DNA of 64,000 nucleotides. Origin: Alphaproteobacteria bacterium. GTDB lineage: Bacteria; Pseudomonadota; Alphaproteobacteria; SP197. Positions 40,841 through 51,495 of the stretch are shown here, in pieces. The stretch is taken from positions 1,344,001 to 1,408,000 of the forward strand of contig OZ219747.1 of assembly GCA_964291265.2 (NCBI GenBank), written 5' to 3'. How positions within the stretch are numbered: position 1 is the first letter of the stretch; each line of letters begins with the position of its first letter. Position numbers and translations under genes: made by a program. The notes under the pieces are model-generated. The model was not told the DNA's origin. It made no database searches and was given only the letters and a program-made list of their open reading frames with translations.

Positions 40841-43240
40841 TCATTGCGCACGCAGGGTTCCGCCGGTGCGCTTGCGGACGGCCTCGACGATGCGCCCGCA
40901 GAGGGACTCGATCTCGCTCTCGGTCAGGCTTGCCTCCTCGGGCTGGAAGGTCACGGCCACGGCAAGCGAGACCTTGCCGTCAGCGACTCCTGACCCGGTG
41001 TAGCGATCGAAGACCTCCACGTCCTGGATGAGAGTCCTTGCCGTGCCGGCGATGGCGCGCAGCACCCGGGAGGCAGGCATGTCCAGGTCGACGAGGAAGG
41101 CGAAGTCCCGGCGCACCGGCTGGAAACGCGAAAGATGGAGGTCCGGCCGTGCCGGCGACCGGGCCCTTGACCGAGGCAGTGCCTCGAGATGGAGTTCGAA
41201 GACGACGGCAGGGCCGGCAACATCAAGGGTGCGGAGAATCTCGGGATGCACGTCTCCGAAGGAGGCAAGCGCCCTGGGCCCGAGTCTCAGGACCCCGGAA
41301 CGTCGTGGGTGAAACCACGCCTCGGCGTCGGCTGTGGCTTCCAGACGGCCGGTCGGGACACCTGCTGCATCGAGAACCGCCATGGCATCGGCCTTGGCGT
41401 CGAAGGCGTCCACGTCCCGGCCGTCGCCGCTCCAGTGTCGTGGTCCGGTGCGCCCCGTTCTCAGTCCTGCGACCGCCGTCTTCTGATCCTGGATGCCGTG
41501 ATAGACGGGGCCGATCTCGAAGAGGCCGGGGTCCCGCAGCCCCTTCGCCTGGTTGCGCGCCGCCGCCTCGAGGAGGCCGGGGATCAGGGAAGGGCGCATC
41601 GCCGACATGTCGGAAGAGATCGGGTTGACCAGTTCCAGTGCGTCGTCGCCGCCGCCGAACATGCCGGCAGCGCCCGAGGCGATGAAGGAATAGGTGACCG
41701 CCTCGTCGAGACCCCGCCCCGCAAGGACCCGGCGCGCCCGGCGCACTCTCTTCTGCCCGGTCGACAGGGCCTCGCGCGGGATACCGCCTCGCCGCGGCAG
41801 CGCCGCCACGGGGATCTCGTCGAACCCGTGCACTCGCAGGATCTCCTCGATGACGTCCGGTTCGCAACCCATGTCATGGCGCCAGGACGGCACGGTGACG
41901 GACCAGGCGTCCTCGCCCGTCTCGCGCACGGCGAAGCCGAGGTCGCCGAGTATGGCCGAGGCGCGGCCCGCCGGAATGTCGATGCCGCCCAGGGAACGGA
42001 CCCGCGACGGGCGCACGTCCATCACCCGACGAACCACCGGAACCGAACCTGCGGTCACCACGTGGCTTGCCTCGCCGCCGCAGACGTCGAGGATCAGGCG
42101 GGTGGCGATCTCCATGCTCTCGGGCGCGAAAGCGTTGTCGATTCCCCGTTCGAATCGCTGGCGGGCATCGCTGACCAGGTTGAGCTTGCGGCCGGTGGCC
42201 GCCGTGCGCAGCGGATCGAAGAGGGCGATCTCGAGAAAGCCCTCGCTCGTCGTGTCGTCGGCCCCGGTCCCCGTACCGCCGATGACGCCGCCGAGTCCCA
42301 GCATGCCGGATGAATCGAAGATGACGGTCATCTCCTCATCTGTCTCGTAGGCCTTGCCATTGAGGGCCTCGAAACTCTCCCCCGGCCGTGCCAGCCTGGC
42401 GCCGATGGGTCCGTTGACCTTGCGGGCATCGTAGATGTGCGCCGGGCGCCCGATATCCAGGGTGAGCCAGTTGGTGATGTCAACGAGCGCGGAGATGGGC
42501 CTCAGACCGACGGCTGCGAGTTTCCGACGCATCCAGTCCGGGCTCGGACCGTTGACGAGTCCCCGGAAGTGGCGGCCCAGGAAGGCCGGACAGGCGTCCT
42601 GCGTGCCGGGCGCGAAGTCGAGCTCGATGGCAATGGGGCTGTCGTGGGTTCCGGCACATGGCGTCGTGTCGAGCGCCAGCAGCTCTCCAAGGCCGGCTGC
42701 GGCAAGATCCCTTGCGATGCCGCGAACGCTGAAGCAGTCGCCCCTGTCAGGCGTCACGGAGACATCGAAGACGGGATCATCGAGACCGGCGATGGCGGCA
42801 AAGGAGGTTCCGACCGATGTTTCATCGGGAAGTTCGATGATTCCCTCGTGTTCATCGGAAAGGCCCAGTTCGCGCTCCGAGCACAGCATGCCACGACTCT
42901 CGACGCCCCGGATCACGGTGTTCCCGAGGTCGAGGCCGGTCCCCGGAATGTGGCTGCCGGACGGAGCGAACACGCCCATCATGCCGGTTCGCGCGTTGGG
43001 CGCGCCGCAGACCACCTGGACTTCGGCGTCTGCGGTTTCGACCAGGCACACCTGAAGCCTCTCGGCGTTGGGGTGGGGTTCCGCGGACACGACGCGGGCG
43101 GCCGTGAAGGGGGCGAGTTCACGCGAGCGGTCCTCGACCCCCTCGACCTCGAGGCCGATGCGGTTCAGCGTGGCGACGATCTCGTCGAGCGCAGCTGACG
43201 TCTCGAGATGCCGTTTCAGCCAGGTGAGCGTCAGTTTCAT
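40841..43240 (-). CDS. pheT: Phenylalanine-tRNA ligase beta subunit
   Basis: VVCGAPNA, GMLCSERELG, RFERGID and C-terminal FDX-ACB RRDFAF. Confidence 0.96.
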   Translation of the reverse strand: MKLTLTWLKRHLETSAALDEIVATLNRIGLEVEGVEDRSRELAPFTAARVVSAEPHPNAERLQVCLVETADAEVQVVCGAPNARTGMMGVFAPSGSHIPGTGLDLGNTVIRGVESRGMLCSERELGLSDEHEGIIELPDETSVGTSFAAIAGLDDPVFDVSVTPDRGDCFSVRGIARDLAAAGLGELLALDTTPCAGTHDSPIAIELDFAPGTQDACPAFLGRHFRGLVNGPSPDWMRRKLAAVGLRPISALVDITNWLTLDIGRPAHIYDARKVNGPIGARLARPGESFEALNGKAYETDEEMTVIFDSSGMLGLGGVIGGTGTGADDTTSEGFLEIALFDPLRTAATGRKLNLVSDARQRFERGIDNAFAPESMEIATRLILDVCGGEASHVVTAGSVPVVRRVMDVRPSRVRSLGGIDIPAGRASAILGDLGFAVRETGEDAWSVTVPSWRHDMGCEPDVIEEILRVHGFDEIPVAALPRRGGIPREALSTGQKRVRRARRVLAGRGLDEAVTYSFIASGAAGMFGGGDDALELVNPISSDMSAMRPSLIPGLLEAAARNQAKGLRDPGLFEIGPVYHGIQDQKTAVAGLRTGRTGPRHWSGDGRDVDAFDAKADAMAVLDAAGVPTGRLEATADAEAWFHPRRSGVLRLGPRALASFGDVHPEILRTLDVAGPAVVFELHLEALPRSRARSPARPDLHLSRFQPVRRDFAFLVDLDMPASRVLRAIAGTARTLIQDVEVFDRYTGSGVADGKVSLAVAVTFQPEEASLTESEIESLCGRIVEAVRKRTGGTLRAQ

Positions 43241-43271
43241 GGTGCGAGCCGTGCCCGGGAAAGCGTGGCGG

Positions 43272-44351
43272 TCATGGCGTCAGGCCGCCATAGAGCGTGG
43301 GGACGTCGAGCGGCCTGAATCCGTAGTGACGCAGCCAGCGCAGGTCGGCATCGAAGAAACCGCGCAGATCCGGGATGGCGTACTTCAGCATGGCGAGTCG
43401 ATCGATGCCGAGACCGAAGGCAAAGCCCTGCCACGCCTCCGGGTCGACGCCGCCGTTGGCGAGCACGCGAGGGTGCACCATGCCGCTTCCGAGAACCTCC
43501 ATCCAGCCTGCGCCTTCGCCGATGGTGAGCTGGTTGCCGGAGAAGGAACAGCCGATGTCCACCTCCATGGACGGAGACGTGAAGGGAAAATAGCTCGGAC
43601 GAAAGCGCATCGGCACGTCATCGACGCCGAAGAAGGCCCCGACAAACTGACGCAGGCAACCTTTGAGATGACCCAAGTGGATGGCCCGGTCGATCATCAG
43701 ACCCTCGACCTGGTGGAACATGGGCGTGTGGGTGAGATCACTGTCGCTTCGGTAGGTGCGGCCCGGAGCGATGATGCGGATGGGTGGCGGGTTTTCCAGC
43801 ATGTGGCGGATCTGCACCGGCGAGGTGTGCGTACGCAGCACGGGCCGTGCTCCGTCGTCGACGGGCGGCAGGTAGAAGGTGTCGTGTTCCTGGCGCGCCG
43901 GATGCTCCTCCGGCATGTTGAGGGCACCGAAATTGAACCAGTCGTCCTCGATGTCGGGCCCCTCGGCCACCGTGAAACCCATGTCGGCAAGAATGGCGAT
44001 GATCTCGTCGGTCGCCTGGCTGACAGGGTGCACCGTCCCCTGCGGTGCGGGCCGTTCCGGGAGCGTGACATCGATGCGCTCGGTCTCGAGAAGGGCGTCG
44101 AGACGCTGGCGCTCGAGTTCCTTCCTGCGCCTGTCGATGGCGGACTGAAGATCGTTCTTTGCGGCATTGAGAGCCTGTCCGGCCTGGCGTCTCGCTTGTG
44201 GATCCAGGGCGCCGAGGCCCTTCATCAGGAGCGTGATGGAACCCTTGCGGCCCAGTGTGGCGACACGGATGGCGTCAAGCCCGGCGGTGTCGCCGGCGCC
44301 GGCAATGGCGTCGAGGGTGTCGTCGATCATGGTGGTGATGTGGTCGTCCAT
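43272..44351 (-). CDS. pheS: Phenylalanine-tRNA ligase alpha subunit
   Basis: [32 protein letters not shown] and [12 protein letters not shown]. Confidence 0.96.
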   Translation of the reverse strand: MDDHITTMIDDTLDAIAGAGDTAGLDAIRVATLGRKGSITLLMKGLGALDPQARRQAGQALNAAKNDLQSAIDRRRKELERQRLDALLETERIDVTLPERPAPQGTVHPVSQATDEIIAILADMGFTVAEGPDIEDDWFNFGALNMPEEHPARQEHDTFYLPPVDDGARPVLRTHTSPVQIRHMLENPPPIRIIAPGRTYRSDSDLTHTPMFHQVEGLMIDRAIHLGHLKGCLRQFVGAFFGVDDVPMRFRPSYFPFTSPSMEVDIGCSFSGNQLTIGEGAGWMEVLGSGMVHPRVLANGGVDPEAWQGFAFGLGIDRLAMLKYAIPDLRGFFDADLRWLRHYGFRPLDVPTLYGGLTP

Positions 44352-44368
44352 GTCGGGTCCAAACAGCA

Positions 44369-44396
44369 CGAAGGGGCCCCGAAGGAGGCCCCTTCG
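44369..44396 (-). terminator. Hairpin between rplT and pheS
   Basis: CGAAGGGGCC ... GGCCCCTTCG inverted repeat. Confidence 0.5.
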
Positions 44397-44431
44397 CCGG
44401 TCAGGTTCTGGTCCGTCAGGCTGTCTGTCGA

Positions 44432-44797
<366 letters not shown>

Positions 44798-44824
44798 CGT
44801 TCAGCGTGTCCGGTCTGGTGTGTG

Positions 44825-45022
44825 TCAACCGCCGGCCAGGAGACGGCGGATCATCTTCGCGTCTGCCTGGCTGACCGCCGTCGTGCCGCGCGTGGTCCTC
44901 AGAAATCTCCGCGTACGCCGGCGCATGAAGTGGCGCTTGCCGGCATGATTGCGGCGCAGCTTGCCGCTTCCGGTCGTCGAGAACCGTTTCTTCACCGAAC
45001 TTTTGGACTTGAGCTTCGGCAT
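44825..45022 (-). CDS. rpmI: 50S ribosomal protein L35
   Basis: MPKLKSKSSVKKRFSTTGSGK. Confidence 0.95.
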   Translation of the reverse strand: MPKLKSKSSVKKRFSTTGSGKLRRNHAGKRHFMRRRTRRFLRTTRGTTAVSQADAKMIRRLLAGG

Positions 45023-45106
45023 CGGACCAATCCGGTCTTCGTCAGGGGAATGCCCCGCTTGGGGAAACCCCCTCATACCCCCTGGTCCTAGTCATTGCAA
45101 GGGGCG

Positions 45107-45646
45107 TTACTTCGGCGCCATTACCATGATCATCTGGCGCCCTTCCATGCGTGGCATCATCTCGATCTTGGCGCGTTCCTCGGCCTCGTCGCGGATGCGC
45201 GCGAGAAGGTTGCGGCCGATCTCCGGGTGAGCGAGTTCGCGGCCGCGGAAACGGATGGTGACCTTCACCTTGTCCCCGTCACCGATGAACCGGGAAAGGG
45301 CGCGCATCTTCACGCCGTAGTCGTGATCATCGATGTTGGGCCGCATCTTGATCTCCTTGACGTCGAAGGTCTTCTGGCGCTTGCGCGCCTCGTTGGCCTT
45401 CTTCTGCGCCTCGTACTTGTACTTCCCGTAGTCGAGAAGCTTGCAGACCGGAGGATCGGCGTTGGGCGAGACCTCGACGAGATCGAGGCCGGAATCCTCC
45501 GCGGCCCTCAGCGCCGCCTGGAGGGTGACGACGCCGACCTGCGCTCCGTCGGCTGAAATCAGCCGGACGCTGGGTGCGTTGATGTCCTCGTTGGCCCGCG
45601 GTCCCGACTTGACGGGCGGGGCCATGTTCTGTCCGTAGCGTGCTAT
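45107..45646 (-). CDS. infC: Translation initiation factor IF-3 (probable ATA start)
   Basis: LDLVEVSPNADPPVCK and GDKVKVTIRFRGRE; SD GAGGAG 8 nt before an in-frame ATA at 45646. Confidence 0.93.
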   Translation of the reverse strand: MARYGQNMAPPVKSGPRANEDINAPSVRLISADGAQVGVVTLQAALRAAEDSGLDLVEVSPNADPPVCKLLDYGKYKYEAQKKANEARKRQKTFDVKEIKMRPNIDDHDYGVKMRALSRFIGDGDKVKVTIRFRGRELAHPEIGRNLLARIRDEAEERAKIEMMPRMEGRQMIMVMAPK

Positions 45647-45667
45647 GTAACCAACTCCTCGGGTTGT

Positions 45668-47614
45668 TCAGGTCTTTCGGGCGAGATCCGGCGGAACGGA
45701 TTGCGCACCAAGTGTATGGATGGCGGCGTCAAGATCAAGGGCCTGCTGCTCCCTGCTGCCGAGTCGGCGCAAGGAGACCCTGCGCTCCTCCTTTTCGCGC
45801 CGGCCGATGGCAAGAAGCACCGGCACCTTCGCCACGGAATGCCGCCGCACCTTGTAGCCGATCTTCTCGGATCCCGTGTCGATGACGCCGGCAAGTCCGG
45901 CTGCGACAAGCCGCGCATGCACCTCCTCGGCGTAGTCATCGGCATCGTTGGTGATGGTCGCCACGGCATACTGCACCGGCGCCAGCCACAGCGGGAAGTT
46001 CCCGGCGTAGTGCTCGATCAGGATGGCGATGAAGCGCTCGAAGGAACCGAGGATCACGCGATGCAGCATCACCGGGCGGCGGCGCTCCCCGTTCTCCGCG
46101 ACATAGCTGGCATCGAGCCGTTCGGGCAGGACGAAGTCGAGCTGCAGGGTGCCGCATTGCCAGTCACGGCCGATGGCGTCACGCAGGTGGAACTCAAGCT
46201 TCGGACCATAGAAGGCGCCCTCGCCGGGGCTGTGGGACATGTCCAGTCCCGTCCCTGCGGCCGCCTCCCTGAGCGCCCCTTCCGCCTGGTCCCACACGGC
46301 ATCGTCACCGGCGCGCACCTCCGGGCGGTCGGCGAAGCGCACCGAGAACTCGTCGAACCCGAGATCACGGTAGACCGAAGCCAGTAGCGTGCAGAACTGC
46401 ACGGTCTCGGAGGCGATCGTTTCTTCCGTGCAGAAGATGTGCGCATCGTCCTGGGTGAAGGAGCGGACCCGCAGCAGCCCGTGGAGGGCGCCGGAGGGTT
46501 CGTAGCGCAGGCAGGAGCCGAACTCGGCCATGCGCAGCGGCAGGTCGCGGTAGCTCCTCACTCCCTGGCGGAAGATCTGCACGTGGCAGGGGCAGTTCAT
46601 CGGCTTCACGGCCCAGATGCGTTCGTCCTCGGTGGTGGCCGTGAACATGTGGTCGCGGAACTTTTCCCAGTGACCGGAATCCTCCCACAGCGACCGCGCC
46701 ACCATCTGCGGCGTGTTGACTTCCTGGTATCCGCCGTCCTCGAGGCGACGGCGCATGTAGTCCTGGAGGGTCCGGTAGAGGCGCCATCCCGAGGCGTGCC
46801 AGAAGGCCGAACCGACCGCCTCGTCCTGGAAATGAAAGAGATCCATCTCGCGTCCGAGGCGCCGGTGGTCGCGCCTTGCGGCTTCCTCGAGGCGGTGCGT
46901 CCAGGCCTTCAGCTGCGCCTTGTCGAGCCAGGCCGTGCCGTAGATGCGCTGCAGTTGCGCATTGCGGCTGTCGCCCCTCCAGTAGGCCCCGGCGAGGCGC
47001 GTCAGACGAAAGGCCTTCGGCAGGCGGCCCGTGGAGGGAAGATGCGGACCCCGGCACAGGTCGATCCAGTCGCCCTGGCGGTAGAGCGTGATGGTCTCGT
47101 CGGCGGGGAGGTCGCGGATGATCTCTGCCTTGTAGGCCTCACCGAGGGATTCGAAGAAGCGCGCCGCTTCGTCGCGGTCCCAGACCTCTCGGCTGATGGG
47201 TTCATCGCGGTCGACGATTTCCCCCATGCGGACCTCGATGGCTTCCATGTCTGCCGGCGTGAACGGTTCGCCGCGGGCGAAGTCGTAGTAGAATCCGTCG
47301 TCGATCACCGGTCCGATCGTCACCTGGATCTCGGGGAAGAGCTCCTTGGCCGCCTGCGCCAGGATATGGGCGGCGTCGTGGCGCAGCAGTTCGAGGGCTT
47401 CGCCCGACTTCGCCGTGACGATCTCGACGGCCGCATCGTGATCGATCTCCCGGCCAAGGTCGCGCAGGTCACCGTCGACCTTCACCGCCCAGGCGGCCCG
47501 CGCCAGGCCAGGGCCGATGGACGCCGCGACGTCGGCGCCCGTGACCGGGGAGGCAAACGTGCGGCGGGAGCCGTCCGGCAGCGTGACGTCGATGGTTCCC
47601 GCGCTCGTGTTCAT
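45668..47614 (-). CDS. thrS: Threonine-tRNA ligase
   Basis: TGS domain [21 protein letters not shown] and [10 protein letters not shown]. Confidence 0.97.
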   Translation of the reverse strand: MNTSAGTIDVTLPDGSRRTFASPVTGADVAASIGPGLARAAWAVKVDGDLRDLGREIDHDAAVEIVTAKSGEALELLRHDAAHILAQAAKELFPEIQVTIGPVIDDGFYYDFARGEPFTPADMEAIEVRMGEIVDRDEPISREVWDRDEAARFFESLGEAYKAEIIRDLPADETITLYRQGDWIDLCRGPHLPSTGRLPKAFRLTRLAGAYWRGDSRNAQLQRIYGTAWLDKAQLKAWTHRLEEAARRDHRRLGREMDLFHFQDEAVGSAFWHASGWRLYRTLQDYMRRRLEDGGYQEVNTPQMVARSLWEDSGHWEKFRDHMFTATTEDERIWAVKPMNCPCHVQIFRQGVRSYRDLPLRMAEFGSCLRYEPSGALHGLLRVRSFTQDDAHIFCTEETIASETVQFCTLLASVYRDLGFDEFSVRFADRPEVRAGDDAVWDQAEGALREAAAGTGLDMSHSPGEGAFYGPKLEFHLRDAIGRDWQCGTLQLDFVLPERLDASYVAENGERRRPVMLHRVILGSFERFIAILIEHYAGNFPLWLAPVQYAVATITNDADDYAEEVHARLVAAGLAGVIDTGSEKIGYKVRRHSVAKVPVLLAIGRREKEERRVSLRRLGSREQQALDLDAAIHTLGAQSVPPDLARKT

Positions 47615-47909
47615 GCCTTGCAGGGTCTCCGGCGGCAAGCGATGCCAAACATGGAGGCTGCGCAGGACTTGTGCAACCTCTTGCAGGGAGAGGTCGCGAC
47701 GAGTGCGGCGCGCCGCCGTCACGCAAGGAACCCCGGGGCGGGCGCCTTGCGAGAACAGGGACGCCGCGGCCCGGCAAGGCACTCGACAACATCCTCAGAC
47801 ATCCCGACCTGATCTCCTGAAGAGGCATATCGCACCGGTCCGGATGTCTGAAACCTGGCTCATCCGTGTACTGTTGGCTTCATGCACAGGAGACGTTCGC
47901 CCGGATGCT

Positions 47910-48040
47910 GGAGAGGGGTGATCGACGCCGACCTCCGCGGCGGCGTCATCAAGCAGCTATCGCCCGCCAGGGCGGCGGCCGATCCAGCGGACTCCGCACG
48001 ATCGTTCTGTGTCATGCTCGACGCAATCTGGATCTTGCCG
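47910..48040 (+). pseudogene. RelE/HigB-like toxin fragment
   Basis: GVIDADLRGGVIKQ / ARQGGGRSSGLRTI in shifting frames. Confidence 0.5.
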
Positions 48041-48084
48041 CCGGGATGCGTGCCGTGCGGTCGCAGCGGGGAACGTGAACTGTC

Positions 48085-48639
48085 GTGATCGTCGGTTTCG
48101 CTGACAGGAAAACCGAGGCATTGGACGAAGGGCCGCGGGGTAGCAGCCTTCTCCGGCCTTGCCCGCACAGCTTCGCGTGAAGCTCCCGGCTCGTATGCCG
48201 CCACCGTGCTGGACGACCTGGCGCGGCCCGGCAATCGACTGAAGGCGCATCAAGGGCCGTCGCAGGGGACAATGGAGCATGCGCATCGACGATCAGTGGC
48301 GGATCTGCTTCACATGGCCCGAGGGCAGTTCCGGGTCGACCGAAGTTGAAATCGTCGACATGCCATTGAGAGGAGGCAGGACATGCGCGCACCCATCCAT
48401 CCCGGCGAGACGCTGCGTGATGACTCGATGCGCTCGGCATGAGCGCGACGGAGTTGGCGCGACGCATCGCAGTGCCGGTCAGTCGCATCACCGGGATTCT
48501 CAACGGCCGACGGTCGGTTACGGGCGACACCACCCTGCGCCTGGGGCGCTTTTTCGGCGCCTCGGGTGAGTTCTGGCTCAATCTCCAGAAGCTCTGCGAG
48601 CTGCGGAACAGAAGCACGGCGCGAAGATCGCCCCGCTGA
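48085..48639 (+). pseudogene. Degraded higBA toxin-antitoxin pair
   Basis: PGNRLKA...GQWSMRIDDQWRICFTW..EIVD (HigB) and PIHPGETL / MSATELARRIAVP..RITGILNGRRSVT..FWLNLQ (HigA), both frameshifted. Confidence 0.75.
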
Positions 48640-48679
48640 AGCCGCTGGGACCGGAATCGGATACTCAGCCGCGCTGGCG

Positions 48680-48885
48680 GCAAGCGTTCGGTCACGAGGT
48701 GACGGGTGTTGTTCACCACCGCTCGAGGATGCGTTTCAAGATCCCTGTGCAGACGTCCTGTCGTGTTCGTGCGTACCGCAATGACCGCGTCTTTGTCATG
48801 GTTCCCGCACGGACCCATCCCGACGCCCTGAAGACGGCCCGCTGTAGCGCGATGTCCGGACCGTGCTCCCGATGAGGGCGGGTGC
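48680..48885 (-). mobile_element. Decayed IS66/DUF4338 right-end remnant
   Basis: GCAAGCGTTCGGTCACG IR variant followed by sequence resembling the reverse complement of the DUF4338 3' end. Confidence 0.6.
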
Positions 48886-49139
48886 GATGCCGCGGCACCC
48901 TGTCCGCTCATCGGGCAGTCTGCGTCGCTGGTGGCGAGGATGCGGAACCCGGGAAGCAGGAGAGACCGATGATGGCAGATCACGCTCCCGTTGCTGGCGG
49001 CGGACCATGTGACCCACTCGTCATACGCCTGCGGCTCCCGGATTCGCCGTCACCGACGCCGATTCCGCCAAGTGTTGACTTCACCCTTGCCTTGTGATGG
49101 GATGACGTCAGCACCAACATTGATGGAAGGTGAGTTGCC

Positions 49140-51359
49140 ATGACAACCCAGCATTATATCGACAGCGAAGAGACGGTGGATCGATCCGGGGATACCGGGC
49201 CTAACCAATACCAGGCTAGGCGCGGAGAAGGCGGAAGTCCCTACGAAGGCCCGATGAACGTCGTCGGAGGGGCAGGCCAGGACACCTTCATCGGGCAGAA
49301 GGGCAATGACTGGTTCAAGGATTCCGGCGGCGGCAGCGACGCCAACGGAGGTGGCGGGCGCGACTATCTCGAAGGCGGCAACGGACCGAACACCCTGCGC
49401 GGCGGCTGGGGCAACGACATCTTGGTCGGGAACCAGAAGGACCAGATCGCCGACCGCCTCTACGGCGGCTCCCACAACGACTTCCTGATCGCGGGCAAGC
49501 TCAAGGAGAGCAACCGGCAGGACGACGGCACCGGCGCACTGACCGACGCGACGCTTGGCCGGGGGCCGACCTCCAACCAGGCCGGGGACCCGCAGGGAAG
49601 CCTCCTCCATGGCGGCCATGGAGGCGACCACTTCATCCTCAACCCCGACAGCTATGTCTATATCGAGGACTTCCATCATTGGTACGACTACCTCTACGTG
49701 ACCGGGATCCGGGACGGGGCGGAGCTCACCATCGTCCACCACCCCGACGGCCACTACGGGAAGGCGCACTTCCGGATCATGCTCGGCAACAAGGTGCTCG
49801 CCGAGCTCAAGTTCGAGGAGGAGGTCAATCCCGATGACGCCGAAGCCGTGCGGGTGGCGAAAGGGAAGATTGACGAGTTCCTGGAGACCGCGAGCGGGGA
49901 CTGGATCAACGGCGACCACAATGACAACTCCATTCGGGGCACCGCGTATTCCGACCATATCTACGGCCATGGCGGCGAAGACACGCTCAAGGGCGGCGCG
50001 GGGGACGACGCTCTCGTCGGCGGCAACGGCAACGATACCCTCCGCGGCGGGGACGGCGACGACCGCCTGCAAGGCGGCGACGCCAACGACACGCTTTGGG
50101 GCGGTGCGGGCATGGACTCGCTGGACGGCGACGGCGGCAACGACCTGCTCTACGGCGGCGACGGCGACGACGGGCTCTACGGCGGCGACGGCCACGACCG
50201 GCTCGATGGCGGCGACGGCCGGGATGTGCTCTATGGCAATGCGGGCCGGGACATCTTCGTGATCAGCGAGGGCCGGAGCAGCGACGGGGCCGCTGACATC
50301 ATCGGGGACTTCAAAGTCGGTGAGGACTTCATCCGGCTGCCGTTCAGCATCTCGTGGGACGATGTCCGGTTTGTCCGGAGCATTACGGACCCGAACGATG
50401 TGACCACGCACCTTGTCACCGGCACGGGCGACTCGCAGAAGGTGCTGGCCCGGTTCCAGGGCTTCCAGGATCTCACGGTCCAGGAGCTGCAGGAGCTCAA
50501 GAACAAGGTCGACTTCATCTGGGACTTCGATCCGAACGAGGAGTATCCGGACCCGCAGGTTGGGAAGACACTCAAGGGCACGGACAAGAAGGACATGCTC
50601 GTCGGCGACAGCGGCGACGACACCATCGAGGGCCTGGGCGCGGCGGATGTGCTCTACGGGCGCGGCGGCAATGACAATCTCTTCGGCGGTAGCGGCAAGG
50701 ATACGCTCTACGGCGACAGCGGCGACGACGTCCTCCACGGAGGTAACAACAACGACATCCTCCACGGCGGGGCCGGCAGCGACGAGCTGAACGGCGGGAA
50801 AAGCGCCGACCGGCTCTATGGCGAAGGCGGCGACGACACGCTCAATGGCGACAACGGCGACGACATGCTCTATGGCGGGGGGGGCAGCGACGCGCTGGAC
50901 GGCGGGGACGGCAATGACCGCCTGGAAGGCGGCGAGGGCGACCTCGATGTGCTGGCTGGCGGCGCGGGCGAGGACCGGCTGTTCGGCGACGGCGGCAACG
51001 ACCGTCTGGAGGGCGGCAGGGATGCCGACCGCCTGCGTGGCGGCGAGGGCGCCGACGAGTTCCTGTTCCGCCGGGGCGACGGTGTCGACACCATCACCGA
51101 CTTCGAGGACGGGACCGACACGATCGTCTTCCTGGCCCAGACCGAGGCGCAGGCGGTGGCAGGAAACGGGAAGAAGTTCCTCTCGTTCTCCGACCTGGTG
51201 CTGACCGACAGCGAGGAGGCGGGCGGCGTGGTCATCACCTCGGACAAGCTCGAAGGCAACGAGATCATCGTCAGGGGCGTGACGTCCGAGATGCTGACGG
51301 CCGACGACTTCGGCTTCCTGACGGTCGATCAGTACACCGAACACCTCGACATCGCCTGA
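49140..51359 (+). CDS. RTX-like calcium-binding secreted protein
   Basis: Three blocks of GGxGxDxLx nonapeptides, DTITDFEDGTD and a T1SS-like C-terminus LTADDF. Confidence 0.88.
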   Translation: MTTQHYIDSEETVDRSGDTGPNQYQARRGEGGSPYEGPMNVVGGAGQDTFIGQKGNDWFKDSGGGSDANGGGGRDYLEGGNGPNTLRGGWGNDILVGNQKDQIADRLYGGSHNDFLIAGKLKESNRQDDGTGALTDATLGRGPTSNQAGDPQGSLLHGGHGGDHFILNPDSYVYIEDFHHWYDYLYVTGIRDGAELTIVHHPDGHYGKAHFRIMLGNKVLAELKFEEEVNPDDAEAVRVAKGKIDEFLETASGDWINGDHNDNSIRGTAYSDHIYGHGGEDTLKGGAGDDALVGGNGNDTLRGGDGDDRLQGGDANDTLWGGAGMDSLDGDGGNDLLYGGDGDDGLYGGDGHDRLDGGDGRDVLYGNAGRDIFVISEGRSSDGAADIIGDFKVGEDFIRLPFSISWDDVRFVRSITDPNDVTTHLVTGTGDSQKVLARFQGFQDLTVQELQELKNKVDFIWDFDPNEEYPDPQVGKTLKGTDKKDMLVGDSGDDTIEGLGAADVLYGRGGNDNLFGGSGKDTLYGDSGDDVLHGGNNNDILHGGAGSDELNGGKSADRLYGEGGDDTLNGDNGDDMLYGGGGSDALDGGDGNDRLEGGEGDLDVLAGGAGEDRLFGDGGNDRLEGGRDADRLRGGEGADEFLFRRGDGVDTITDFEDGTDTIVFLAQTEAQAVAGNGKKFLSFSDLVLTDSEEAGGVVITSDKLEGNEIIVRGVTSEMLTADDFGFLTVDQYTEHLDIA

Positions 51360-51383
51360 GCCGACCCCCCAGCAGTGACGATG

Positions 51384-51413
51384 GCGGCCGCTCCTCGCCC
51401 GGGGAGCGGCCGC
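51384..51413 (+). terminator. GC-rich hairpin after the RTX gene
   Basis: GCGGCCGCTCC ... GGAGCGGCCGC. Confidence 0.5.
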
Positions 51414-51495
51414 AACTTCATGGGGGATCAGGGATAGCCCGCCCAGCCAGGGACAGGGACAGGGTGACTTGCCTCGGGGACGAAGAGAGGGTGTG

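Noticed and set aside
49140-51359. 27-bp periodic repeats as a CRISPR array or other DNA repeat
   Set aside because: They are coding RTX nonapeptides, not identical repeats with unique spacers.
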